In this document: positions 28,022 through 38,700 of the stretch, piece by piece | Layout: each line of letters begins with the position of its first letter | Position numbering within the stretch: the stretch's first letter is position 1 | UHGV virus genome: UHGV-1550212 | Length of the DNA: 64,000 bases | From: a virus | Strand: one strand, 5' to 3' | Notes under the pieces: generated by a model | What the model saw: only the letters and a program-made list of their open reading frames with translations | The model's database searches: none | What the model was told of the DNA's origin: nothing | Made by a program: the position numbers and the translations under genes

Positions 28022-29737
28022 TCAAATCCAGCCGTAGTCGCTGTGGATAGCGAAGGTGAGATAAGCCAACTCGGGATACATACCCGTCTCCGCGAGAGCG
28101 TAATCCGACTCAATCAGCAACTTAGGTGCTGCTGTACCCTCAGCGGTTAATTCCACACTTGATGCAAGGTCATATGGCATGAATACACATCCCTGGTTGA
28201 CATTCTCTACGTCAACGCCGTCAGCAGTCTTGTTCGTACGAAGAACGAGAACAGTGTTATCGTTCAGCGGCTGCTTAGGATTGCAATAGATTTTAATGCC
28301 AGCCAAGTCACCTGCATAATACAGGTTCTTGTTGTCCTGTACCAGCGTATTGTCAAGAGCTGCAACAAAGTTCTTCTGAGCCTTAATTGCAACCAAGGCA
28401 ATCGTATTGACCACAGCAGCATCACCAGCACCGAAACGCGACAGGTTGCCAATGATTGTCGAAGCAGCCAGGATACGAGTTGCGATACGAGCCTGACGGG
28501 TAATCTGGTTCTCAGCCGAGCTGTTCGATTCAGCGTTAGGAACCATGCCGAACTCAGCCGTGCGGTCTACACCCATCTTGTCAACGAATGCAGGAGCCTG
28601 GAATTCCGAGAATGCCTTGGCAGTCGAACCAGCGTAGCCAATGTACAAGTTCAGGTTGTAGCCCTGAGCAGCCAACAGCTGAGCATGTGTCGTAACACCA
28701 AGTGCACGCATGCGCTTCAGACCATTGTCGTTGATTGACTGCGTGATTTCATTCTGCATTGCATTCTTGATGATTGCAACTGCATCCAAACCGCGAGCAC
28801 GGAGGTCCTTAACCTGGCGACGAGTCAGAGCACCCCAAGTCTGGTACGTCTTAACTTCGATAGCCTTTGAGAAGGTGCGGAGCTCCAGCATGTTCGGGTT
28901 GCCAGCCTCAGCCTCAGAACGAGACATTGGATTGCCGTCAAGGTCATCCATTGCAGCGAAGCCGTGGATGTGTTCGTCACCAGCCGAAACCAGGTCGAAC
29001 ATAACCTCAGTCATGCCAGTCAGCATGTCAGTTACAGCACCTGTAGCGTCAACCGAGTAGATTTTCGATGCAGCCATTGCAACATCAGCCAACGACTTGT
29101 CAGGAGCAACAGTCATTGCGCCACCAGCGCCAACGGTATATACGCCTTCATTGCGAACTACGAGGTAGCCTGCAACACGCGATACCTGTACGAACGTTAC
29201 CTTGGCAGCAAGCTCACCAGCAGCTGAACCGCCGATGTACAGAACTTGACCCTTCTTGAGGCCATGAACCATTGTCTGCGAAGCAACATTGTACAACTCC
29301 TTCCACTTGATGAGGAAGTAGCGAGGACCCTTGGCTGCGTTCAACTTGCCACCACCATACACGTAGTCTACATAGTCCAGCTGAACCAGCGGGCTGTATA
29401 CAGGAATGGCCGGGAGCAGGTCGAACAGAATCGTGTTGGCTGCGATGTTCATGTTCAGAGCCAGAACATTGGCAGCTACATCGATTGAACCACGCTTACG
29501 CGACGGGTCATGGAACTGTGCTTGCGTACCTGGGTCAGCAGGGAAAGCGACCGGACCTACGCCATTGAGATTCTGCGAATACGTCGACTCAAACGACTCG
29601 TTCATATACTGAACGTTCTGAGCGATTGATGCGAGCAGATACTTCTTAGCGGGCGAAAGCTTGGAGTCAAACGACTCATCAAGAACAGGGCCCCACTTTT
29701 TCAGCAATGCATCAATCTGTGTACGTTTTGCGTTCAT
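28022..29737 (-). CDS. major capsid protein (T4 gp23-like)
   Basis: N-terminus MNAKRTQIDALLKKWGPVLDE parallels the gp23 N-terminal pattern; 571 aa; markedly GC-rich C-ending codon usage; followed by a strong terminator. Confidence 0.7.
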   Translation of the reverse strand: MNAKRTQIDALLKKWGPVLDESFDSKLSPAKKYLLASIAQNVQYMNESFESTYSQNLNGVGPVAFPADPGTQAQFHDPSRKRGSIDVAANVLALNMNIAANTILFDLLPAIPVYSPLVQLDYVDYVYGGGKLNAAKGPRYFLIKWKELYNVASQTMVHGLKKGQVLYIGGSAAGELAAKVTFVQVSRVAGYLVVRNEGVYTVGAGGAMTVAPDKSLADVAMAASKIYSVDATGAVTDMLTGMTEVMFDLVSAGDEHIHGFAAMDDLDGNPMSRSEAEAGNPNMLELRTFSKAIEVKTYQTWGALTRRQVKDLRARGLDAVAIIKNAMQNEITQSINDNGLKRMRALGVTTHAQLLAAQGYNLNLYIGYAGSTAKAFSEFQAPAFVDKMGVDRTAEFGMVPNAESNSSAENQITRQARIATRILAASTIIGNLSRFGAGDAAVVNTIALVAIKAQKNFVAALDNTLVQDNKNLYYAGDLAGIKIYCNPKQPLNDNTVLVLRTNKTADGVDVENVNQGCVFMPYDLASSVELTAEGTAAPKLLIESDYALAETGMYPELAYLTFAIHSDYGWI

Positions 29738-29825
29738 GATTGAATTTGTTTGTTATTGAAAGTGAAACATATATTTCTGTATAATATGTATAGAACTACT
29801 GACATTGATTGAATTGTGAAAATGG

Positions 29826-31217
29826 TCATTTTTCAATCTTTTTGAGCAATGCATGACCACAATCATAGACTTCGACGAAGCCTGACGCAATCATTTGTTG
29901 CCTATCAAACCCATTGTCAAGTAGATGTTCCCATGTCTTTGTATTGTGCCAATGCAATTGAATTGATGATTTATCTGTACTAAGCTGCGGATTTTTTGAA
30001 AAGTCTGCACAGTCAATTTTGTCACCGTTAAGATGCTTACGAATGCATTCAATGACAGTGTCGTGGTCATCCCAGTCCCATATTGTTATGCATACATAGC
30101 CATGTTGTAATGCAATTTGTGTCTTGTCAAAATGACTATCATGTCTCTTTGGCCTATTACGCTTTGTGCGCTTAGTAATATATGCATATGAGTATGTTGA
30201 GTTATGCGAAAATGTTGGATTCACTTCAATCAACAATTTGCAATGTTCATTTTCATAATGCAAGTCATATGAAAAGCCAAGTAGCTTAACATCGTCATAA
30301 CTGCAATCAATGTTAAGCTCTTGTTGCAACTTATCATGCCAAAATTGATTTGGCTTAGATATTATGTTGCCTTGACTGTTTATGCAGTTAGAAGTCATAC
30401 ATGACCATGGCACGCCATAACGCTCAATGTTTGTTTTGTTTGCACTTGCTTGAATTTTTGACAATGGGCCCCATGGATGACCATACTTTGCACGCTTGAC
30501 ATCTGCACCACGTTTAGCAACTTCACGATAATCGCCATAACGCTCTTTTCTTGTAGCAAGCATTTTTGCAATATTGCCCGCGCCACGAGAGCCATATCTA
30601 AGCTCTTTAGTCTTTTGAGCTTTGGCGTAATCACCACAAAATGCATTGCCATATCGAGCAATTTTTGTTGCTTTCATTTTTTCAATGTTGCCTGCACCAG
30701 CATTGCCATAACGTTCAAGTTTTGTTTGCTTGGACAATTCAACATTGCCAAATTTGTTGCCATAACGCACTAATTTTGTTTCTTGTGAACGTTGACGTAT
30801 TTCTTGCACTTGTGCACAGTATTCTACGCCATAGCGTTTTAACATTGTTATTCGTTGATTATATGCACGTTTAATAGGTGCATGCGATGTTCGTTTTGGC
30901 CCATATTTAACAAACTCAGTAGATGCAAGTAATTCATCACGCTCACGTTCAAGTTCTGCAATTCGTTGTTGTATATGGACATCATACACAGGCTGCTCAG
31001 AAATGTCATCAATAGCTGTCGTTTCTAATTTAGCAAGTTTGCGTTTAAGAGCTTTTGTTGTTTGCGTGCAGCTCATTTTTATCAATGCATGTGCATGTCT
31101 GCCACAGTCAAGTACAATGTTAGGCTCATTTGCAAGGCGTTCATCACGTTTACATTCTGCAGCATGTATTGCATCAATAAGTTGTCGTCTCTTTACATTA
31201 TATTCGTCTTGTGTCAT
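29826..31217 (-). CDS. RYG-repeat / Vsr-DUF559-like nuclease (putative homing endonuclease)
   Basis: tandem repeats (KRYG, VRYG, ERYG, ARYG, LRYG, ERYG, AKYG, ERYG); C-terminal FSYDLHY...LLIEVNPTFSHNS...GYVCITIWDWDD...FVEVYDCGH. Confidence 0.55.
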   Translation of the reverse strand: MTQDEYNVKRRQLIDAIHAAECKRDERLANEPNIVLDCGRHAHALIKMSCTQTTKALKRKLAKLETTAIDDISEQPVYDVHIQQRIAELERERDELLASTEFVKYGPKRTSHAPIKRAYNQRITMLKRYGVEYCAQVQEIRQRSQETKLVRYGNKFGNVELSKQTKLERYGNAGAGNIEKMKATKIARYGNAFCGDYAKAQKTKELRYGSRGAGNIAKMLATRKERYGDYREVAKRGADVKRAKYGHPWGPLSKIQASANKTNIERYGVPWSCMTSNCINSQGNIISKPNQFWHDKLQQELNIDCSYDDVKLLGFSYDLHYENEHCKLLIEVNPTFSHNSTYSYAYITKRTKRNRPKRHDSHFDKTQIALQHGYVCITIWDWDDHDTVIECIRKHLNGDKIDCADFSKNPQLSTDKSSIQLHWHNTKTWEHLLDNGFDRQQMIASGFVEVYDCGHALLKKIEK

Positions 31218-31333
31218 AATTATCTGTGTTTAATTTATGTATACTATTGTATTGTAGCATTGACTACTTTGCGCATAACAAAAAAGAAGCCAAGTCATTT
31301 GACTTGGCTTTGAAATGTGTACTTGCAGTTGTA

Positions 31334-31909
31334 TTAGAACTGAGAACCGACAACTCGTGGCACTGCAAGTTCGCTCGTAAGAGTAACTTGGCAAGTGTAA
31401 ATGTCGTCACTATTCTTGTCATGTGAATCAACTGCGCTGATAGGACCCTTAGGGAATCCATTCTTGTACGACGTTACTCTCCAGGCTGTTCCAACCTGAT
31501 TATTTTCAACGAGAATCCAAGAACCTACATAGTTCTTCTTGAGACCCATGGCTCCCGTGAGAGGATTCCTGCGTTTAGCATTCCAACTTTGGAAAGCATT
31601 GTAAATCACAGGGTCATTGGTGTCTGGTCCATGCAAGTTCAGATTCATTGTGATAGTCAGGTTATGAATGTTGCTGACTGTCAATGCTGAGAACTGACGA
31701 GACTGATTTTGTGCAACTTTTTGTGAAACCACATCAGGCGCATTGTCAAGTGTGCCCAAACCTGAAATTGACTGAATTTGCTCATCAATTGTATCTGGAA
31801 TCACAACGCCTGTAGGTGGCATAAGTGTGAGCTCGAACAATGAACTGAACACGGGTTCAGCATATTCGGCAGTCACTTCGCTGTTTTTGATATGCGGTAA
31901 CTTCGGCAT
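31334..31909 (-). CDS. tail tube protein (gp19-like)
   Basis: 191 aa downstream of sheath gene; N-terminal LFELTLMPPTG and C-terminal IYTCQVTLTSELAV parallel gp19 patterns. Confidence 0.5.
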   Translation of the reverse strand: MPKLPHIKNSEVTAEYAEPVFSSLFELTLMPPTGVVIPDTIDEQIQSISGLGTLDNAPDVVSQKVAQNQSRQFSALTVSNIHNLTITMNLNLHGPDTNDPVIYNAFQSWNAKRRNPLTGAMGLKKNYVGSWILVENNQVGTAWRVTSYKNGFPKGPISAVDSHDKNSDDIYTCQVTLTSELAVPRVVGSQF

Positions 31910-31950
31910 GATTGTAATGTGTTATTAAATTGTTCTTGTTTTGTTATGCG

Positions 31951-32646
31951 TCATCGTACAGTGAATGAATTATCGTCATCTTCTGTAGTAGTTGGGTCAT
32001 CAATTACATCGTGGCCAATACCTGACATGGGCTCTGGCTCAGGTTCCGGTTCAGGTTCCGGTTCAGGTTCCGGTTCAGGCTCCGGTTCAGGTTCCGGTTC
32101 AGGTTCCGGTTCAGGTTCCGGTTCCGGTTCCGGTTCAGGTTCCGGTTCAGGTTCCGGCTTGGGCTTTGATGAATAGTTAAACATCTTGTGAATCCATTTG
32201 CACCACCATTTGTGACATGCATGTGCGCCATCATGATAATACGCTTGCAGCTCCATTGGAATTGCATGATATGCTTTGTCATGTGACATACCTTTGAATA
32301 TTCGCAAGTACACATAGCACAAGCAATATGCAATGTAGTACATAAGCGGTGATGCAAGCAGCCACCACCAGCTAAGCACATTGCATGCTGCAAGCACAAT
32401 AAGTACAAGCAACGTCGCAAGTGTTACAAAGATGAATTGCTTTGCATGCACAGCTTCATGCTTCAAGGTCTCAGAGTATCTGCTAAGTGTGTCATCATAT
32501 GACTTATCACTTCTTATGAAGCACATTGCACACAACGACATTGCATAATAATGTGAAAATGGAATGCATGGCTGGTCGATGACAAGCATTGGTCCAGCAA
32601 ACCACAGTCGCCACTGAGATTTATTTGGCAGTGTTGCAGTTTTCAT
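31951..32646 (-). CDS. membrane protein with HExxH motif and long (Pro-Glu)n repeat
   Basis: HEAVH motif next to two hydrophobic helices, then about 25 PE dipeptides and an acidic tail. Confidence 0.5.
   Translation of the reverse strand: MKTATLPNKSQWRLWFAGPMLVIDQPCIPFSHYYAMSLCAMCFIRSDKSYDDTLSRYSETLKHEAVHAKQFIFVTLATLLVLIVLAACNVLSWWWLLASPLMYYIAYCLCYVYLRIFKGMSHDKAYHAIPMELQAYYHDGAHACHKWWCKWIHKMFNYSSKPKPEPEPEPEPEPEPEPEPEPEPEPEPEPEPEPEPEPEPEPEPEPMSGIGHDVIDDPTTTEDDDNSFTVR
32029..32160 (-). repeat. hexanucleotide tandem repeat (ggttcc/ggttca)n encoding (Pro-Glu)n
   Basis: about 22 near-perfect 6-bp units with a 12-bp super-period. Confidence 0.9.
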
Positions 32647-32709
32647 AAATGATGTTTATTGTTTGATGATGAAGACTGAAGAGCCGAAGCTCTTCAGTCT
32701 GTCAATTTG

Positions 32710-35547
32710 CTACTCAGCAGATGCACCTTGCAGTGACAATGTTGTACGATGTACGCCAATTCGAATGCCTTGAGCATTGATGATTTCAGTGTCAAGTACA
32801 ATGAATCCGCGAGCAATCGTTTCATCATCATTGTTGCTGCTATCGCAGACATTCGTGTACGAAACTGCGCCACCGGCTGCAACGATGCCATCCATGAAGT
32901 TGTCTGCTTTTGTTTTGACCTGCAAACGAACATTTGCAGTGTTTCGTTTGTACTGAGCAGACTTCAGATATGGCTCAATGTTGTCAGCGACATAGATGAG
33001 CAACTCAAGATTTTCAATGTAGCTGAATGCGCTGGTGTAAGCTACTTGTGCAGAACGAGATGTCAGCATTGTGATGACGCCTTGGTCTGAACGAGCGAGC
33101 ATGTTCCAACCTGCAGGTTCAAGGTCATCCATATCAGACCCTTCACCTTGCGAGACAATCATGTCAATGTCGGTTACACCAACACCAGACAGTGGCCACT
33201 CATCACCAGCAACGACGTCAAAGACATGCTTGCCTGCTTCTGTATGCTTTCTCATGAAGACATTCGACAAGATACCTGTTGCAGGAATCGTCATATCATC
33301 AATGCCATCATTGTAGCGAACATTGGCTACATATGTGATGAACGGTGCGCCATCAGTTTGACCTGCGAAGCTGAACAACTTGCTGTATGGTTTATCGGTG
33401 TTACCACCTGCAGCACAGTACTTAGACTCAATTGGGTCACCTGCATTGTCCTTAAAGTACGGGTCAGTTGAGCGGAACAAGTCATACTTGGTTGGCAGAG
33501 CAGAGAATGCGATTGCACGTTTTGAATCATTGCAAATCTTTGCAAACTCGTACTTTTGATTTGCTGCAATGTATGTCTTGAATGGGTCAACTACATAACG
33601 CCATTGACATTGATTGTGGTCCATCAAGCTACGATAAACGCCGCCTGAAATGAGAGCTTGCAGTACTTCTGTCTGACGTGCAGATGTGCCATCAACAAAT
33701 TGAGTTGCACGAAGAGCTACACCATGTAGATATGCGCCCTTGAAGAACTTAACTTGGTCAACAAGCTTCGTCAATGACCAAACAGACGCCTGCGAGGCGT
33801 ACTTCATCATTGAGCCATCTGCAAGTTCAAATTCGCCTTCAGCACCTGCAGCTTTGTATGCCAATGCACCAGTGAATTGATATTCAATCAGCACTTTGTT
33901 TTCTGCAAATGCGTCGTAGACATTCTTCTTCTCAAGCGGCGACAAATCAGCTTCAGTGATTGTGATTGGCATACCGCCATACTTGAGTGGCTTGTCTAAT
34001 GGCAGGCCATTTGAATCATATTCAACAAGGTCACCGCCATATGAAATTGTCTCACCTGCAGCTCTTGCTTTACGAGCTTTCGTTGATGAAGTTTCTGCAT
34101 CTGCAGACTCTTCGCCGCCAATTATGACTGTTGAGCCTTGTGGATAGATGAAGTTGCCCTTTGCATCCTGAGGGAATGCTACCTTTGCACCTGATTCGTT
34201 AGTGTACATTGGAATGCCGCCTTCCTTGCCAATGACAGGAACTGCGCGATATTCAGCTACAACTGCGCGACTTGTACAACGTACTGGCGAGCCATCTGCA
34301 CCAATAAAGATGTCGCCAAGCGAAATTGGCAACACTGGTGCAACAAATGAAGTCTTTGAAGCTTCACCTGGCTGCACAAATGGAACCATCACATTAACAA
34401 ACTCAGATGACACGAAGTCCTTGAGCTGTTCTTTTGTGATTGCGACATCTGTTGCTGTTGGCGTGCAGTCAATCTTTTCAGGATTGATGTCAGTTGACGG
34501 ACGAGCCATGCCAAGATATTGATGCGTAGCATCATCAGCAAACAGTGGACCTGCAGCGTCATCTACAGAAATGTAGTTCGAACCAAAGATGTCCACTGCA
34601 CGTTGGAAACGAGCATCTTCGATATCATTCGAATTGTAGAACTCGTCAACCTTGTCAGGGTCAATCTTACACATGATACCCGTCGTGTCTGACACTGCAT
34701 TCACAGCAGTTTCCAATGACAACTTGTTACCATTGATATCAAGCAAGTCAGGAATCAATGAGCCAGATACACGACCCATGTAGCCAGATGCAGCAAGCTT
34801 TGACAATGCCTCAGGACCATACATGCCATCAACTTGTGCACGGATACCATCCTTTGTGAAGTACTTGCCATATACAGTCGAACCTGCAAGTGACTCATAG
34901 TTCGTCAGCTTTTCAGAGAAGAACCAAACGTCAACCATATAGTCTGACACAAGGTCATTGCAATTCACGCCAGGCACATACATTGATGGGAAGCGGTCTT
35001 GAACTGACTTGATATCATAATCATAGCCAGTCAATGTCGTCGGCGTAATGAAGATTGTTGCAGACTTGTTTGTAAGTGTTGAGAAGTTGAGCAGTTGTAC
35101 AGGGTCAGTGCCAACTGCATTGAGCAGATTCAATGGCTCAGCTTTCCAGAAGTTTGATGTATCATAGACATCCTTAAATGGAACGTCTACAGGCGAGCCA
35201 TCTTCTCCTGAGCTGTTTGCAGCAAAAGTCACTCGTGACAACACATCGCTATCATTGAATGAGCGCAAGTTCAACACAAGAATTGGGCTTGTTGCAAGCA
35301 TTTGCTCTGCAATGAGACCAGCGAAACAGCCGGCACGCTCCAAACGCTTGTCACGTTGACCGAAAATTTCATGCAGCTGGTCTGCATCTTCAACAAGCGC
35401 GGCGCGATTGACCGGACCGTTCTTCCACTGGCCAGGCAGCAATCGAAGTGTTTGAGCGGGCAGTGAGTCAAGGCGACTTGCGTCAATGAACAGACGATAT
35501 GTCCCGACTGACTTGAACCGTTCAAATAAAGAAGTGTTATTTGCCAT
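32710..35547 (-). CDS. contractile tail sheath protein (gp18-like)
   Basis: N-terminal pattern PGQWKNGPVNRAALVEDADQLHEIFGQR parallels the gp18 W-GP...FG motif; large protein immediately upstream of tube gene; ATG at 35547. Confidence 0.65.
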   Translation of the reverse strand: MANNTSLFERFKSVGTYRLFIDASRLDSLPAQTLRLLPGQWKNGPVNRAALVEDADQLHEIFGQRDKRLERAGCFAGLIAEQMLATSPILVLNLRSFNDSDVLSRVTFAANSSGEDGSPVDVPFKDVYDTSNFWKAEPLNLLNAVGTDPVQLLNFSTLTNKSATIFITPTTLTGYDYDIKSVQDRFPSMYVPGVNCNDLVSDYMVDVWFFSEKLTNYESLAGSTVYGKYFTKDGIRAQVDGMYGPEALSKLAASGYMGRVSGSLIPDLLDINGNKLSLETAVNAVSDTTGIMCKIDPDKVDEFYNSNDIEDARFQRAVDIFGSNYISVDDAAGPLFADDATHQYLGMARPSTDINPEKIDCTPTATDVAITKEQLKDFVSSEFVNVMVPFVQPGEASKTSFVAPVLPISLGDIFIGADGSPVRCTSRAVVAEYRAVPVIGKEGGIPMYTNESGAKVAFPQDAKGNFIYPQGSTVIIGGEESADAETSSTKARKARAAGETISYGGDLVEYDSNGLPLDKPLKYGGMPITITEADLSPLEKKNVYDAFAENKVLIEYQFTGALAYKAAGAEGEFELADGSMMKYASQASVWSLTKLVDQVKFFKGAYLHGVALRATQFVDGTSARQTEVLQALISGGVYRSLMDHNQCQWRYVVDPFKTYIAANQKYEFAKICNDSKRAIAFSALPTKYDLFRSTDPYFKDNAGDPIESKYCAAGGNTDKPYSKLFSFAGQTDGAPFITYVANVRYNDGIDDMTIPATGILSNVFMRKHTEAGKHVFDVVAGDEWPLSGVGVTDIDMIVSQGEGSDMDDLEPAGWNMLARSDQGVITMLTSRSAQVAYTSAFSYIENLELLIYVADNIEPYLKSAQYKRNTANVRLQVKTKADNFMDGIVAAGGAVSYTNVCDSSNNDDETIARGFIVLDTEIINAQGIRIGVHRTTLSLQGASAE

Positions 35548-35653
35548 GTTCGTTATCGTATTTGTTGTAAATTGTGAAATGTTGCTTTGTTTGATTATAA
35601 CTTGATATATGTATGTATATGATGACATCAAACATGTTGTTGACCAAAATCAA

Positions 35654-35681
35654 AAAGACCAGCTCAATTGAGCTGGTCTTT
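35654..35681 (-). terminator. terminator hairpin (aaagaccagctcaattgagctggtcttt)
   Basis: perfect palindrome identical in core to 22852..22879. Confidence 0.55.
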
Positions 35682-35704
35682 CAAATGCTGTTTAACTGTC
35701 ATCA

Positions 35705-38700
35705 TTAGCCACGAATCAAGTCAACCAAGCGTTGCTGTTCAGGAGTCAATGAAGACTTTCCGCTGCCATCAATGTTTTCGTTAACGAAACCGACTGGCTG
35801 CTTAGTCGAATATGACTTGATTGCAGCCCAGTTACGTGAACGATAGAATGCTGCGACATCTGACTCATTTACGAAAGTGCGAACTGCTGCCTGAGTAGCA
35901 ATCAATGACTTCTGTTCAGGAGTCAAGCTTTCATAAATGTACTTGTATGCTGTTGGCATATGCTTCAGATACAATGGTGTATGGTCAATTGGCTGCAGGT
36001 TCTCATCCAAGACTGCTACACCAGCAGCATCATAGCGAGTTGCAAGCTGCTTTGTTTGACGACGCAATGCAGCAATTTCATGCTTGATGCTTGTCAAGCA
36101 TTCATCAGTTGCTTGTGCGCCAAGATATGTGCGAAGCATATCAGACAGCATCTTCTGATTTGCATCGGTCAAATCACCTGCAACTTCAATGCCAGTCAGC
36201 TGGCCATCTTTGCTGATGACTACAGAAATTGTAGAACCGTCGCGTTCAACTGTGCGGAAGTCAAAGTCATCGTATGACTTATCCTTAAGGACAGCTTCAC
36301 GAATATTGTCATCTACGCCTTCATTGACCATGCTCATGCATTCCTCAACATCTACGTCAAGTCCAAGCTCTTCTGCAGTTTCAGCAATCTTTTCTGCAAG
36401 CTGAGCTTTATTCTCAACTTTGTCAAGGTCTGCTGCATCTGATACAGCATCGACAAGTTCATCTGCCTGTGCACGAGTAATCGTTGAAGCATCAACAAGG
36501 CCATCAATGATTTGCTCTACATCTGCAGGTGTCGGCTTGTTGTCTTCTGCTGCTTCATTGATAAACTTGGCAGTCTTTGGCTTGTAGCTAAGCTTGCCCT
36601 CATTGACCATCTCATCCTGCAATTGTGCAGCGATGTATGCAATTAGCAATGACTTGTTGGCTTCAAGTTCATCGACTGCTTCAGCAGACTTTTGAGCTTT
36701 GATGAGTTCATCGTAAGCTGCTGCAACTTTGTCATCCATCGTAGACTTGTCAGGGTCAATGTTTTTGATGCATGTCTTGACAATATCATCCTGATAGAAC
36801 TTGTCAATGATTGATTTGTCTGTGTCAGAGTATGTTGCATATAACTTGTCTGCGACAATTGATTCATTGACAATCTTGCCTGGCTCAGATGCAGGAACAA
36901 GAGTCCACTTACCATCAACTTCTGCAACAATGCCTGAAGTCGATTCGCCATAAGTGACTGTTAGACGAGTGCCTGCTTCATTGTTGTCAATTGTGTTGAC
37001 GACTGCTTCGAATTCATTACCATCAGCGTCATAGATTTTGATGCTGTCACCGACAGCAGCTTCATCTACTGGTGCTTCGAAGAACTCTTTGACAAAGTTC
37101 TGAACATCAACGGGCAGACTGTCATATGGCTGTGATGCATAGTACTCTGAGTCAGCATCAAGGTAATTCTTTGAAAGCAGCCAAGCTTTTCGAGTAGCAA
37201 CATCTGCAGCATTCCAAGCATCGACTGACTCATCGCAGTCATCGACAAGTGCAAGATACTCATGGTCTTTCTTGTCATCAAAACGAAGAGTAATCTTTTG
37301 TTCGGGCTTGCCAGCAGGCCAAACTTCGACTTCAATTTCTGTAGTGCCTGCAACATTTTTGACTGTGCCTACAACAATCTTGTCGCCTTTGTTGATGCCA
37401 TTAGACATGTCGTATGGTGCTTCAATAGATTCATCTGTCGACTGAGCTCGAATTGCTGCAGCAATAGCATTACGAGATTCATTGTCGAACATCTCCCATG
37501 TAGCATTCGCAGCATCTTCTACACCAATCTTGTCTTTGCCAACCTGCTCAATCAACTGATTGCGGTCAGCTACTGAAGCATTGTACCACCAGTCTGCAGC
37601 AGTGTCAGATGCTTCATTGACAAATGCATTGAGCAATGCAGTCTGAACGTTATCAGGCAACTTGTCAAAGTCAACAAGCTCTACGTCATCTGCAATATTT
37701 GCTTGCTTTGCTGTTGCTTTACGGCCATCTGCATCAGACTTATTCCAGTCATCAATGAATGCCTGTTCAGCAGCAGATTCATCAAGCGCTTTGACAGTTT
37801 CATATCGACCGTCATACAGCATGTACTTATCGCCTTCTTTGATGGCTACAGACTCCTTGCCATTGTACTTGAATGACACTTTGTCACCATTGAAGCCGGT
37901 CAATTCAGCTGTGATTTTATCGCCATTCTTGTCATACACTTCAACTGTCTGCTCTTCATCAATGTTCAAGTGCTTCTTGAGTGCATCTACAAGTTCTTTG
38001 CCAAGAGCGTCTTCATTGTCATGGGCTTGCTGGAAGCAATCTTCATCTGACTTGTCAGGCTGAACAGCTTTCAATGCTGTTGCCCGATTAAGCATTGACA
38101 TCGTGCCCCAGATTGACATGAAGCTTTTGCCCTCATTGTCTTGTGCTTCGGCTTCGTCAATTGCATCAATGTCTTTCTCAAGCATTGCATGATGAGCAAT
38201 GTCGATGCCAGACCATTTCGTCTTTGCATTATATGGCAAACCAATATGCTTCGACAAAATTGACTGACGTTGGTCATCTGTGAATGAATCCCAAGCTTCG
38301 CCAAGTGTTGCATGCTTTGCTTCATCAGCAGCAAATTCTGTTTCAATCTTAAGTTTGTGGTCCTTGTCAATCAGTTGCCACTTGGCATTTGGACGATAGA
38401 ACTCAGACAATGACAGCTTGTCAAGAATGACTTTGCGTTCGTCATCTGACAATTCGTCCCACTTGTTGTCAGCAGATTCATCGATGTTGACGAGTTCTTT
38501 CTCAATGAGATTCTTGTCAAGCATTGCATCAATGATTGGCTGCTGGGCTTCTGCTGGAATGTCTTTGAACGACTTAATTGCAATGACAGCGTCTTTGTCA
38601 TCAACTTTAGCAGCTTCAACAATTTCTGTCTTCACTTCATCAGTCAAAGCGCCCCAAGCAGCATCGAGATAATCAAAGTTGAGAGCTTCATCACATTCAA

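Noticed and set aside
31919-32176. Plus-strand ORF encoding a (Gly-Ser)n repeat
   Set aside because: It is the antisense reading of the (Pro-Glu)n hexanucleotide repeat; the minus-strand frame is continuous with a membrane domain and is the likely real gene
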